Shown: in pieces, positions 41,215-50,274 of the stretch
How positions within the stretch are numbered: the stretch's first letter is position 1
How the letters are laid out: each line of letters begins with the position of its first letter
DNA from: an uncultured Candidatus Rokubacteria bacterium
GTDB lineage: Bacteria > Methylomirabilota > Methylomirabilia > Rokubacteriales > DASRDR01
Direction of reading: 5' to 3'
Assembly: GCA_963805625.1 (NCBI GenBank)
Contig: CAWDVE010000019.1
Span: 224,001-288,000 of the forward strand
DNA length: 64,000 nt
The notes under the pieces: model-generated
Told to the model about the DNA's origin: nothing
What the model saw: only the letters and a program-made list of their open reading frames with translations
Databases searched by the model: none
Translations under genes and position numbers: made by a program

Positions 41215-41559
41215 CTAGCCCCAGAAGATTCCAGTTGGGTCGGCAGCGACCTCATCTAGCAATCTCTTGAGGCTCGGTGCTGCCGGCAGAGCCTCGTAGG
41301 AGTGCCAACGGCGATCACGGTGCTGACAGTACAACCGCCAGAGCCTCTGCGTTCCAACGTATCTGAACTTCGCAACGACCATCTCCTGCCATTCGTGGGG
41401 AAGTTGAAACGCTGGCCGCTCTTCAAATAGGACGGCTTCCGTGCCCTTGATGCGGAAGCCGACACGTACCTTGTCGCGGGCGCTGGGAGGCACGCGCGCG
41501 TCGCAGAACGCGCCGAGGCGCCGGCTCACTTCAGCTTGCTGGATCTGGGATAGCGCCAT
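41215..41559 (-). CDS. DUF3024-like protein
   Basis: VP...R, LFEERP, VAKFRY, WRLY...D.RWH.Y, DPTGIFWG; AAGGA RBS. Confidence 0.85.
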   Translation of the reverse strand: MALSQIQQAEVSRRLGAFCDARVPPSARDKVRVGFRIKGTEAVLFEERPAFQLPHEWQEMVVAKFRYVGTQRLWRLYCQHRDRRWHSYEALPAAPSLKRLLDEVAADPTGIFWG

Positions 41560-41757
41560 GTTGTCGATCCTTCATATCGAGACAGTTCGCACACTCGGCC
41601 GGGCTCGCCGTCACGAGAGGGCACGATCACGAGCGCCATGTCTCCCCGGGCGCCGGCTAGCATCGGCCGCTAGCTTGCCTCACGTGGGAATCGCGCCACA
41701 AGGCTCTGCCAGGCTCTGGCAGGGGGCGCGGGCGCGAGCCGGCATCGTGCATTGGCG

Positions 41758-42567
41758 CTACGGGCCGAAGTACAGGCCGCCATTGACATCGACGGTCGCG
41801 CCGGAGACGTAGCCGCCCTGGTCGGAGCAGAGGAGCGCGACGACCCCGGCGATGTCGTCGGGGCGCCCCAGGCGTCCGAGCGGGATGGCATCGAGCAGCG
41901 CCCGGTGCTGCTCGGGCGTCTGGCGCCCCCAGGCGACGGCGTCGATCCGCTCGGTGTTGATGAAGCCCGGCGCGATCGCGTTCACGGTGATCCCGTGTGG
42001 GCCGAGTTCGAGCGCTAGCGTCTTGGTGAGCCCGATCACCCCGCCCTTGGCCGCGGCGTAGTGGACGCCGACGCGATCGCTCCCGCGCCGCGCGGCGATC
42101 GACGTGAAGTTCACGATGCGGCCCGCGCGGCGGGCCTTGAGCGCGGGCACGAAGGCGCGGCAGACGAGGAACGCGGTCGTGAGGTTCGTCGCCAGGATGC
42201 GGGCCCAGTCGACGTCGTCGATCTCCTCGATGGGGAAGGCGCGGGTCGGCAGCCGTGGCAGCTGCTCCTCGTGGCTCGGGGCGACCGGTCCGCCGGCGAC
42301 GTTGACGAGGAAGCTCACGTCGCCGACCTCGCCGAGCACCCGTTTGGCGAGATCCATGACCTCGTGGGGGTCAGCCAGGTCCGCCACGAACGGCTCGGGC
42401 GCCGCCTCGGAGAGCTCCACACAGAGCTGACGCAGGCCGGCCTCGTACACGTCGACCACCGCGAGACGGACGCGCTCCCGGGCCAGGCGCCGCACGACGG
42501 CCTGGCCGATGCCGCTCGCGGCCCCAGTCACGACGGCCACTCGGCCCTCCAGTCCGGTCAGTCGCAT
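41758..42567 (-). CDS. SDR family oxidoreductase
   Basis: TGAASGIG, YAAAK, APGFI, VNGG. Confidence 0.93.
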   Translation of the reverse strand: MRLTGLEGRVAVVTGAASGIGQAVVRRLARERVRLAVVDVYEAGLRQLCVELSEAAPEPFVADLADPHEVMDLAKRVLGEVGDVSFLVNVAGGPVAPSHEEQLPRLPTRAFPIEEIDDVDWARILATNLTTAFLVCRAFVPALKARRAGRIVNFTSIAARRGSDRVGVHYAAAKGGVIGLTKTLALELGPHGITVNAIAPGFINTERIDAVAWGRQTPEQHRALLDAIPLGRLGRPDDIAGVVALLCSDQGGYVSGATVDVNGGLYFGP

Positions 42568-42664
42568 GCGCGCTCCTTCAGCGGGTGCCTGTCCGCCTGC
42601 TGTATCGGCTTCACCTCGCACCGGACTTCGGCCGCCCGCACGGGCGAATGGACCGCGCGACCAG

Positions 42665-43642
42665 TCACTCGATGACCCGATCCGCGCGCGCGAGCACCGA
42701 CGCCGGGATCGTGAGCCCCAGCGTCTTCGCGGTCTTCATGTTGATCACGAGCTCGAACACGGTTGGCTGCTCGATCGGCAAGTCGGCGGGCTTCGCGCCC
42801 TTGAGGATCTTGTCGACGTACCTGGCCGCCCTCCGGTTCATGTCCTTGAGGTTCGGGCCGTAGGACATCAGGCCGCCGGCGTCGGGGAATGCTCGGTGCT
42901 CGTACACGGCGATCAACCGATTCTGCGCCGCGAGATCGATCAGCTGCCGGCGGTAGGTGTTGAAAACCGGCGAGGCGAGAACGATGAGGGCTTCGGCGTC
43001 TGCTTTCCTTGCCGCCTCGATCACGCCGCCAAACTCCTCGGGACGGCCCACGCTGAGGACCTGCAGCCGGAGTCTGAGAGAGGGCGCCGCTGCTTGCGTG
43101 GCGCCCAGGTCCGGGGTATGTGCTGCCGGGTCACTCAGGACTGCCACGCGCTCGATCTTGGGCAGGACCTCCCTGAGCAACTCCAGTCGCTTCGCGCTGA
43201 TCTCGGTGTTGAGCATGGACAGCCCGGTGACGTTCCCACCTGGCCGGGCCAGGCTCGAGACCAGACCGGTGGCGACGGGATCGCCCACGGCGGGCAGGAC
43301 GATGGGGATCGTACTCGTGGCACGCTTGGCGGCCTGTGCCCCCGGCGTGCCGCCACCAGCGACGATGAGATCCACCTTCAGGCGGACCAGCTCCGCGATG
43401 AGCGCCGGGTAGCGCTCGGGTCGGCCCTCTGCATAGCGCCATTCGATGAGGATGGTTTGGCCTTCGACCCAGCCGAGCTCGGCGAGGCCGCGACGCAGGG
43501 TGTCGGCCAACTCCGGGCTGGCCGCCGAGCCTGAGGACATGACCCCGATGCGCGGGACCTTCCCTGCCGGCTGCGCCTGTGCGGCGAGCGGGGCCGCCAC
43601 GGCGGCGAGGGCCTCTCCGATGAACGCTCGCCGCGAGATCAC
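42665..43642 (-). CDS. ABC substrate-binding protein (ABC_sub_bind type), copy 1
   Basis: SRRAF leader; SLARPGGNVTG, GGLMSYG, YVDKILKGAKPADLP, LARADRVIE. Confidence 0.93.
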   Translation of the reverse strand: MISRRAFIGEALAAVAAPLAAQAQPAGKVPRIGVMSSGSAASPELADTLRRGLAELGWVEGQTILIEWRYAEGRPERYPALIAELVRLKVDLIVAGGGTPGAQAAKRATSTIPIVLPAVGDPVATGLVSSLARPGGNVTGLSMLNTEISAKRLELLREVLPKIERVAVLSDPAAHTPDLGATQAAAPSLRLRLQVLSVGRPEEFGGVIEAARKADAEALIVLASPVFNTYRRQLIDLAAQNRLIAVYEHRAFPDAGGLMSYGPNLKDMNRRAARYVDKILKGAKPADLPIEQPTVFELVINMKTAKTLGLTIPASVLARADRVIE

Positions 43643-44610
43643 TCGATGACCTCATCTGCTCGTGCAAGCACGGACGACGGGATGCTGAGGCCGAGCGCCT
43701 TCGCGGTCTTCAAGCTTACGACGAGCTCGAATTTCGTTGGCTGCTCGACCGGGAGGTCAGCCGGTTTCGCGCCCTTGAGAATCTTGTCCACGTAGGTGGC
43801 GGCCCGCCGGAACTGATGGCGGTAGTCCGCCCCATAGGACATGAGCCCGCCGGCACCGATGACGAATTCCCGCTGAGGGTAGATGGTTGGCAACCGGTAC
43901 TTGGTCGCGAGTTCGACGAGTCGGGCTCTGTGCACATAGAAGAATGGCGACCCCAGGACAATCAGGGCCCCCGCGTCATTCTTGCGTGCCCCGGCGAACG
44001 CGGGTTCGAATCCAGCCGCGCGGTCGCCCACCTTCAGCACCTGAACACGCACGCCCAGCGACCGAGCCGAGGCCTCCGAGGTGCTCACCTGGCTGGGATC
44101 GCCCGCGGAGTCCCAGAGTACGCCCACGCGAGAGACCCGGGGGAGGGTTTCCTTCAGGAGCTCCATCCACTTCCCGGGCAACTCGCCAGATAGGGACGTC
44201 AACCCCGTGACGTTCCCGCCGGGCCGCGCGAGGCTCGCGACGAGGCCGACCCTCACGGGGTCGTTGGAGACCGGCATGACGATGGGGATGGTGGTGGTGG
44301 CGCGCTTCGCCGCCTCCACGGCGCCTGCTCCGGCGACAATGACGTCCACCTTGAGGCGAACCAGGTCGGAGGCAAGGCCCGGGAACCGTTCGTCTCGTCC
44401 CTCCGCCCATCGGTATTCGATGCTGATGTTACGCCCCTCCTCGTAGCCAAGCTCCCGGAGGCCCTGCCGGAACGCGTCGAGGAGGGGATCGGGCGGCGAG
44501 CCGGGGCGAAGGATGCCGATGCGAGGGTTCCTTCCCGCCGGCTGCGCGTCTGCGGCAAGCGGCGCGGCGAGAAGACCGAGGGAGCCCGCCAGCCAGGTAC
44601 GCCGGTCCAC
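43639..44610 (-). CDS. ABC substrate-binding protein (ABC_sub_bind type), copy 2
   Basis: Paralog of copy 1 with the same motifs, ending LARADEVIE; stop overlaps the copy 1 GTG. Confidence 0.93.
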   Translation of the reverse strand: MDRRTWLAGSLGLLAAPLAADAQPAGRNPRIGILRPGSPPDPLLDAFRQGLRELGYEEGRNISIEYRWAEGRDERFPGLASDLVRLKVDVIVAGAGAVEAAKRATTTIPIVMPVSNDPVRVGLVASLARPGGNVTGLTSLSGELPGKWMELLKETLPRVSRVGVLWDSAGDPSQVSTSEASARSLGVRVQVLKVGDRAAGFEPAFAGARKNDAGALIVLGSPFFYVHRARLVELATKYRLPTIYPQREFVIGAGGLMSYGADYRHQFRRAATYVDKILKGAKPADLPVEQPTKFELVVSLKTAKALGLSIPSSVLARADEVIE

Positions 44611-44621
44611 TACTCGATCAC
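44610..44621 (-). repeat. VIE-stop junction motif GTGATCGAGTAG, matching the ends of both SBP genes
   Basis: Compare GTCATCGAGTGA at 43650-43639 and 42676-42665. Confidence 0.55.
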
Positions 44622-44651
44622 CATTCCTTCAAGTGTTTCTCGGACTCGGGC

Positions 44652-45473
44652 TCACGCCATGTACCCGGCGCCGTTGACGTCGAGCGTCACGCCCGTCATG
44701 TAGCTCGTCTCGTCGGTGCAGAGGGCGACCACGAGCCCCGCCACCTCGTCCACGGTGGCAAAGCGGCCGAGCGGGACGGCGGACGCCATCCCCTCCGGCC
44801 CTCGCTGGTCCCCGATCGCCGCCATGAGGCGCTGCGCCCGCCCGCTCAGGACCACGCCGGGCGCCACGCAGTTGACGCGGACGCCATCGGCCCCGAGCTC
44901 CACCGCGAGCTGACGCGTGAGCGCCATGATGCCGGCCTTGGCCACGGCGTAGGGGCCGCTGCTGCCCTCGCTTCCGGGGGAGAGGCCAACCCGGGCCGCG
45001 ATCGACGCGAAGTTGACGATCGCCCCGCCCGGGGACGCGCGGAGGTACGGTGCGGCGGCTCGCGCGCAGTAGAAGGCACCGTCCAGGTTGACGCCGAGGA
45101 TTGTCCGCCAGTCGCCGAGGCTGCAGTTGGTCAGCCCGACGAACCCTCGCCGGGGTGGTGCCGTCAGGTCCTCGGTGGTGATGCCCCAGCTTCCGCCGAC
45201 GGCGTTGACCAGGACGTCAATCCGGCCGAGCTCGCTCGCCGCGTCCTTCACCATGGCCTCGGCGGAGGTGGGGTCGGCGACGTCCGTCCGGACGCAGCGG
45301 CACCGCCGGCCGGCCGCCTCGATCGCGCGCGTGACCGCCGGGAAGCCAGCCTCGTAGAGGTCGGCCACCACCACGTCGGCGCCGACCCGGGCAAGGCCAA
45401 CAGCGACGGCGTGACCGATGCTGTCCGGCTTGGCGGCGCCGGTGACGATCGCGACCTGGCCGGTGAGCGGCAT
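44652..45473 (-). CDS. SDR family oxidoreductase
   Basis: TGAAKPDSIG, YAVAK, VNCVAPG. Confidence 0.92.
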   Translation of the reverse strand: MPLTGQVAIVTGAAKPDSIGHAVAVGLARVGADVVVADLYEAGFPAVTRAIEAAGRRCRCVRTDVADPTSAEAMVKDAASELGRIDVLVNAVGGSWGITTEDLTAPPRRGFVGLTNCSLGDWRTILGVNLDGAFYCARAAAPYLRASPGGAIVNFASIAARVGLSPGSEGSSGPYAVAKAGIMALTRQLAVELGADGVRVNCVAPGVVLSGRAQRLMAAIGDQRGPEGMASAVPLGRFATVDEVAGLVVALCTDETSYMTGVTLDVNGAGYMA

Positions 45474-45490
45474 CGGCGCCTCCATCTGGG

Positions 45491-46348
45491 TCAGCCCAGG
45501 AGCGCTGCGCCACGCGCTCGGCTCGCGGCGCCCACCCACATCTCCTGGACGTGCGGGTCGAGCGCGTCGCGGATCGCGTCGCCGACCAGATTGAACGCGA
45601 TCACCGTCAGAACGAGCGCGGCGCTCGGGAAGACCGTGAGCCAGGGCGCCTCGCGCAGCACGAGCCGGCCGTTATCGATCATGTTGCCCCAGGTCGGGGT
45701 CGGCTCGGTGATGCCCAGGCCGAGGAAGCTCAGCATCGACTCCGTGAGGATCGCCGCAGGGACCAGAAGCGTACAGAGGACGATCACCGGGTCGACGCCG
45801 TTCGGCAGCACGTGGCGCAGGAGGATACGTCCGGTGCTTGCTCCCGCGGCCCGTGCGGCCTCGACGTACTCGCGCTCGCGTACGGCGAGGGCGGCGGCCC
45901 GGGTGACGCGGGCGAACTGCGGGACGTAGCCGAGGCTGATCCCCGCGATGACGGACCCGAGGCCGGGCCCGAGGGCGGTCACGATGGCGAGCGCGAGGAT
46001 CAGCGCCGGGAACGTCTGGAGCACGTCGACGCCCCGCACGAGGAGGTCGCTCGCGGGGCCGCGGAAGTACCCCGCAGTGAGGCCGACGACGGTGCCGGTG
46101 AGGGCGCTGATCGCGACGACGGCGGCGCCGACCGCGAGGGACACCCGCGTGCCCCACACGACCCGGCTCAGGATGTCGCGTCCGAGGCGGTCCGTCCCGA
46201 GAATATGCTCCGCCGAGGGAGCCTTCAGACGGCGGACCACCGACTGCGCAGTCGGGTTCTTCACGGGGAGCATGGGCGCGATGACCGCGATGGCGGCGAC
46301 GATCAGGATGAACAGGCCGCTCAGGAGCACGGGCGCCCGTGTCCTCAC
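45491..46348 (-). CDS. dppC: Peptide ABC permease
   Basis: LGTDRLGRD, EYVEAARAAG, LSFLGLG, GDAIRDALDP. Confidence 0.92.
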   Translation of the reverse strand: MRTRAPVLLSGLFILIVAAIAVIAPMLPVKNPTAQSVVRRLKAPSAEHILGTDRLGRDILSRVVWGTRVSLAVGAAVVAISALTGTVVGLTAGYFRGPASDLLVRGVDVLQTFPALILALAIVTALGPGLGSVIAGISLGYVPQFARVTRAAALAVREREYVEAARAAGASTGRILLRHVLPNGVDPVIVLCTLLVPAAILTESMLSFLGLGITEPTPTWGNMIDNGRLVLREAPWLTVFPSAALVLTVIAFNLVGDAIRDALDPHVQEMWVGAASRARGAALLG

Positions 46349-47277
46349 GTCGCGCGCACCCGGGGGTCGGCCAGCCCATAGAGGAGGTCGACGACCAGGT
46401 TCAGCAGGAGCACCGCGAAGGACGAGATGAGGACCACGCCCTGGATGACAGGATAGTCGCGGGCCAGGATCGCGTCCAGTGCCAGCCGCCCGATGCCCGG
46501 CCGAGTGAACACCGTCTCGGCCACGACCGCGCCGGAGAGGAGGGTGCCGACGTTCAGCCCGATGACCGTGAGGATCGGAATGATGGCGTTCCGGAGCACG
46601 TGGCGCCCGACGACGGCGGACTCGCCGAGCCCCTTCGCGCGGGCCGTGCGGGCGAAGTCCTGGCCCAGCATCTGGAGGATGCTGGCCCGCGTGATCCGCG
46701 AGACGACGCCCGCCAGGAAGAAGCCGGTGGCGATCGCGGGCAGGACGAGCGCGCGCAGCATCTCGCCCAGCGTCGCGCCCGCGCCGGAGGTCGGAAACAC
46801 CCGCCAGTGGAGGCTGAACGCCAGCAGGAGGACGAGACCCCACACGAAGACCGGCACCGAGACGCCGAGCAACGCCCCGACGCTGGCGGCGTAGTCGAGC
46901 CACGTGCCCCGCCGGAGCGCCGCCGCGGCGCCGAGCGGCACGCCGATCGCCGCCGCGACCAGCGTCCCGCCGAGCGTCAGGAGGAGCGTGTGGGGCACGG
47001 CGTCGAGGACGAGTTGGCTGACCGGGGCGCGGAGGGCGAGCGACTGGCCCAGGTCGAGCCGGAAGGCCCCCGCGAGATACGTGACGAACTGCTCGAGGAG
47101 CGGGCGATCCACGCCGAGGTCCCGGCGCAGCGCCGCCACGGCGTCGGGCGTGGCCGCGCTGCCGAGGAGGGCGATGGCGGGGTCTCCGGGGAGGATCCGC
47201 ATCACCAGGAAGACCAGCACCAGTGCCCCGAGCATCGTCGGGACGACCTGGGCGAGCCGCCGGGCGAGATGGCGCAT
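46345..47277 (-). CDS. dppB: Peptide ABC permease
   Basis: LPGDP, DFARTARAKG, RDYPVIQG, DPRVR. Confidence 0.93.
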   Translation of the reverse strand: MRHLARRLAQVVPTMLGALVLVFLVMRILPGDPAIALLGSAATPDAVAALRRDLGVDRPLLEQFVTYLAGAFRLDLGQSLALRAPVSQLVLDAVPHTLLLTLGGTLVAAAIGVPLGAAAALRRGTWLDYAASVGALLGVSVPVFVWGLVLLLAFSLHWRVFPTSGAGATLGEMLRALVLPAIATGFFLAGVVSRITRASILQMLGQDFARTARAKGLGESAVVGRHVLRNAIIPILTVIGLNVGTLLSGAVVAETVFTRPGIGRLALDAILARDYPVIQGVVLISSFAVLLLNLVVDLLYGLADPRVRAT

Positions 47278-47314
47278 GCGCGCTGGCTACCTTGCGGCGG
47301 CCCCCGCGGGCCGG

Positions 47315-47356
47315 TCACTCAATGATCTCATCCGCGCGCGCCAGCATGGATGAGGA
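47315..47356 (-). pseudogene. Isolated C-terminal remnant of an ABC_sub_bind SBP gene (SSSMLARADEIIE*)
   Basis: By hand, 32/42 nt match the 3' end of copy 2 (PSSVLARADEVIE*), and mismatches are mostly at third codon positions. Confidence 0.8.
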
Positions 47357-47536
47357 CGAGCCGTGGCGCTCTCAACGAACCTCCCAGTCGGAAGCGAAGT
47401 AGTCCAGCATAGCTCGGGGCGTGGCGACGAGAAAGGCGCGACCTGAGGGAATGCCGGCGAGATCCCGGCGCGGCGCCGCTCCCGCGTCGGAGGGCGCGGC
47501 GCCGGGTCGATGGCCGGGGTCCCACTCCGCTCCGGC

Positions 47537-49072
47537 CTAGTTGAACGTGAGCCGCGTGATGTCGAGGCCCCAGATCGGCTCCAGGTTCGGCATGCCCTGG
47601 AGCTTCGGCGAATGCAGCATCGCCTCGGGACGCATCATCAGCGGGATCATCGGGACGTCCCGCATGAGCTTTCGCTGGATCTCGTGGTACATCTGCTCGC
47701 GCTTCTTGGGATCGAGCTCCCGGCGCGCCGGAATCAAGTCGGCCTCGAGGTTGTACTTGCTGACGGCGATCGCGCCCCCGGTGGGCGTGAAGGCGTCCGT
47801 CAGCCAGATGTCCGGGTCGGGCTGGCGCACGCAGCAGTGGATGGCGAAGTAGACGCCCTGGCCCCGGAACATCCGGCCGAGCCACGTCGGCTGGTCCAGG
47901 AGCTCGAGCTTGACCGTGATGCCGGCCGGCTTGAGCTGCTCGGCGATCACCTCGCCGCCGAGCTTGTTCTCGTCGTAGTTCACCATCGTGATCTCGACCC
48001 CGTTCGGGTAGCCGGCCTCGGCCAGGAGCTGCCTGGCCTTCGCGATGTCGTGCTCGTAGCGCGGCACGCTCTCCGTCACGTACGGGTAGCCCTTGGGGAT
48101 GGGCGAGTACCAGGGCTCGCCGATGCCGTTGTACCCGAGGTCGATCAGCTGCTTCCGGTCGATCGCGTGGGCGATGGCCTGGCGCACCTTGACGTTGTCG
48201 AAGGGCTTGACGGTCACGTTCATCATGAGGACCTGGGGCAGGTTCCGGTGGACGAGCGTCTCCTTGAATCCCGCCCGCTTCAGGCGGTCCGCCACCGCTT
48301 GCTCGCGGATCTGCGAGTAGACCAGGTCGTACTCGCCGTTCTCCAGGCCGATGACCTGGGCGTTCGTGTCGGTGACCGTCCGGAAGACCACCTTCTTGAT
48401 GGCGGGGGCGCCGCCCCAGGACTTCTCGTTGGCCCGGATCACCGACTCGCGGTTAGGGATGCGGCTCTCGAAGACGTAGGGCCCGGTCCCGATCGGGTCC
48501 CAGGCGTAGCCCGCGCCCTTTTCCGCCACCGCCCGCGCGTTGACGATGGGGCCCGCCCGGTAGGGCGTGAGGAGGTACAGGAACCCGGCGTACGGCTCCT
48601 TGAGGACGAGCTTCACCGTGTAGTCGTCGACGACCACCGTCTCCTTCAGCATGCGCATGCTGCCGGCGAACGGCGATTTGGTCGCCGGATCGAGCAGCCG
48701 GTCGAAGGAGCCCTTCACGTCGGCGGCGGTGAACTTGCCGTAGCCCTTGTGCCACTCCACGTCCCGCCGGAGCTTGAAGGTGTACTCGAGGCCGTCGCGG
48801 GAGACCGTCCACGACGTCGCCAGGTCCGGCTCGAACTCGATGCTGTTCGGCTTGAACTTGACGAGCGCGTTGTAGATGTTGCGGTTGAAGATGAGGTCCT
48901 GCGTCGTGATCGCGAAGTGCGGGTCCAGCGTGGCCTGGTGCACCGCGGCGACGACGGAGAGCGTGTCCTTCGTCGATTTCTGTGCGACGGCGGGCGGCGA
49001 GACGACGGCTCCGACGGCGAGGACGGTGAGGGCCAGGACCACGCGGCCAGCGAACGGGCCGTTCCACCTCAT
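47537..49072 (-). CDS. dppA: Peptide/nickel-family ABC substrate-binding protein
   Basis: PDLATSWTVSRDGLEYTFKLR, PIGTGPY, VRQAIAHAIDR. Confidence 0.93.
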   Translation of the reverse strand: MRWNGPFAGRVVLALTVLAVGAVVSPPAVAQKSTKDTLSVVAAVHQATLDPHFAITTQDLIFNRNIYNALVKFKPNSIEFEPDLATSWTVSRDGLEYTFKLRRDVEWHKGYGKFTAADVKGSFDRLLDPATKSPFAGSMRMLKETVVVDDYTVKLVLKEPYAGFLYLLTPYRAGPIVNARAVAEKGAGYAWDPIGTGPYVFESRIPNRESVIRANEKSWGGAPAIKKVVFRTVTDTNAQVIGLENGEYDLVYSQIREQAVADRLKRAGFKETLVHRNLPQVLMMNVTVKPFDNVKVRQAIAHAIDRKQLIDLGYNGIGEPWYSPIPKGYPYVTESVPRYEHDIAKARQLLAEAGYPNGVEITMVNYDENKLGGEVIAEQLKPAGITVKLELLDQPTWLGRMFRGQGVYFAIHCCVRQPDPDIWLTDAFTPTGGAIAVSKYNLEADLIPARRELDPKKREQMYHEIQRKLMRDVPMIPLMMRPEAMLHSPKLQGMPNLEPIWGLDITRLTFN

Positions 49073-49124
49073 GGTGGGAGTCCTCCTCGGGATGCTCGGA
49101 TGACCGCGTTGGGCGTCGGGCGCC

Positions 49125-50273
49125 TCACGGGAACTCGGCCCGCAGGGCGGGCATGACCTCGCGCGCGAACATGGTCATGTTCTTCGTTGCCAGCTCGTGG
49201 GGCATGCTGCCGATCTGGAAGATTCCCTGGACGATGCCGCACCTGGTCTGCTTCAGGACCTCCCGCATGCGGTCGCGGACGGTGGCGGGGCTCCCGACCA
49301 CCGCGTACATCCCATCCTCGACCTCGCTCCAGGAGGTGAGCGCGGTGACGAACTTGCGCTTGGGGCCCGCCACCCGCATGAGCGACTCCACCGACGTGTG
49401 CCCGGGCGGGTGCATGAACTCGCGCGGCATGCGGAGGCCCTTCTTGGCGAGGTACCAGAAGTGGGGCTCGAACTCGGCGCGGGCCCGGGCGTCGGTCTCG
49501 GCGACGTACACGAGGACGGGCCAGCCGAGCTGCCCGGGTGGCACCTCGTAGCCGAGTTTCGACGCCGCGTGCTCCCGCAGTAGCTCGTAGTGCTCCTGCA
49601 TCACCTGGTAAGGCGAGAAGGGGAGCGCGATGAAGGGATAGCGCCGCTCAGCGACCCAGCGGATCGTCTCGAGGCTCCCGGAGCCCGGGATCCAGATCGG
49701 CGGGTGGGGTGCCTGGAGGGGACGCGGCCAGACGTTCACGAACCGGAAGTCGTAGTGCTTCCCCTCGAAGTGGAAGGGGCCGGGCCGGGTCCATGCCTCC
49801 ACGATCAGGTCGTGGGCCTCGCGATACCGCTCCCGGAAGAAGGTGGGGTTGACCTCGTAGGCGTAGGCCTCGACGCCGAGCCCCACCACCATGCCGGCGA
49901 TGATCCGGCCGCCCGACAGGACGTCGAGCATCGCCAGCTCCTCGGCCACCCGGAGCGGGTGGTCGTAGAGCGGCAGCGCGTTGCCGAGGATCAGGATCTT
50001 GACCAGGCTGGTGCGCTGGGCGAGGCAGGCCGCGATGATGTTGGGCGAGGGCATGAGGCCGTAAGCGTTCTGGTGGTGCTCGTTCACGCCGACCGCGTCG
50101 AAGCCGAGCGTTTCGGCGAGCGTGAGCTGGTCCAGATACTCGTTGTAGAGGACCCGACCGCGTGCGGGGTCGTAGAGGCTGTTCGGTAGGGTCAGCCAGG
50201 CCGACTCGTAGTGCTGCTCGAAGTCGGCCGGCAGGTGCGGCCACGGCATGAAGTGGAAGCAGACGAAGAACAT
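49125..50273 (-). CDS. Luciferase-like (LLM) flavin-dependent monooxygenase
   Basis: NEHHQNAYGLMPSPN, PLRVAEELAMLD.LSGGR, WPRPLQ.PHPPIW. Confidence 0.93.
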   Translation of the reverse strand: MFFVCFHFMPWPHLPADFEQHYESAWLTLPNSLYDPARGRVLYNEYLDQLTLAETLGFDAVGVNEHHQNAYGLMPSPNIIAACLAQRTSLVKILILGNALPLYDHPLRVAEELAMLDVLSGGRIIAGMVVGLGVEAYAYEVNPTFFRERYREAHDLIVEAWTRPGPFHFEGKHYDFRFVNVWPRPLQAPHPPIWIPGSGSLETIRWVAERRYPFIALPFSPYQVMQEHYELLREHAASKLGYEVPPGQLGWPVLVYVAETDARARAEFEPHFWYLAKKGLRMPREFMHPPGHTSVESLMRVAGPKRKFVTALTSWSEVEDGMYAVVGSPATVRDRMREVLKQTRCGIVQGIFQIGSMPHELATKNMTMFAREVMPALRAEFP

Positions 50274-50274
50274 C

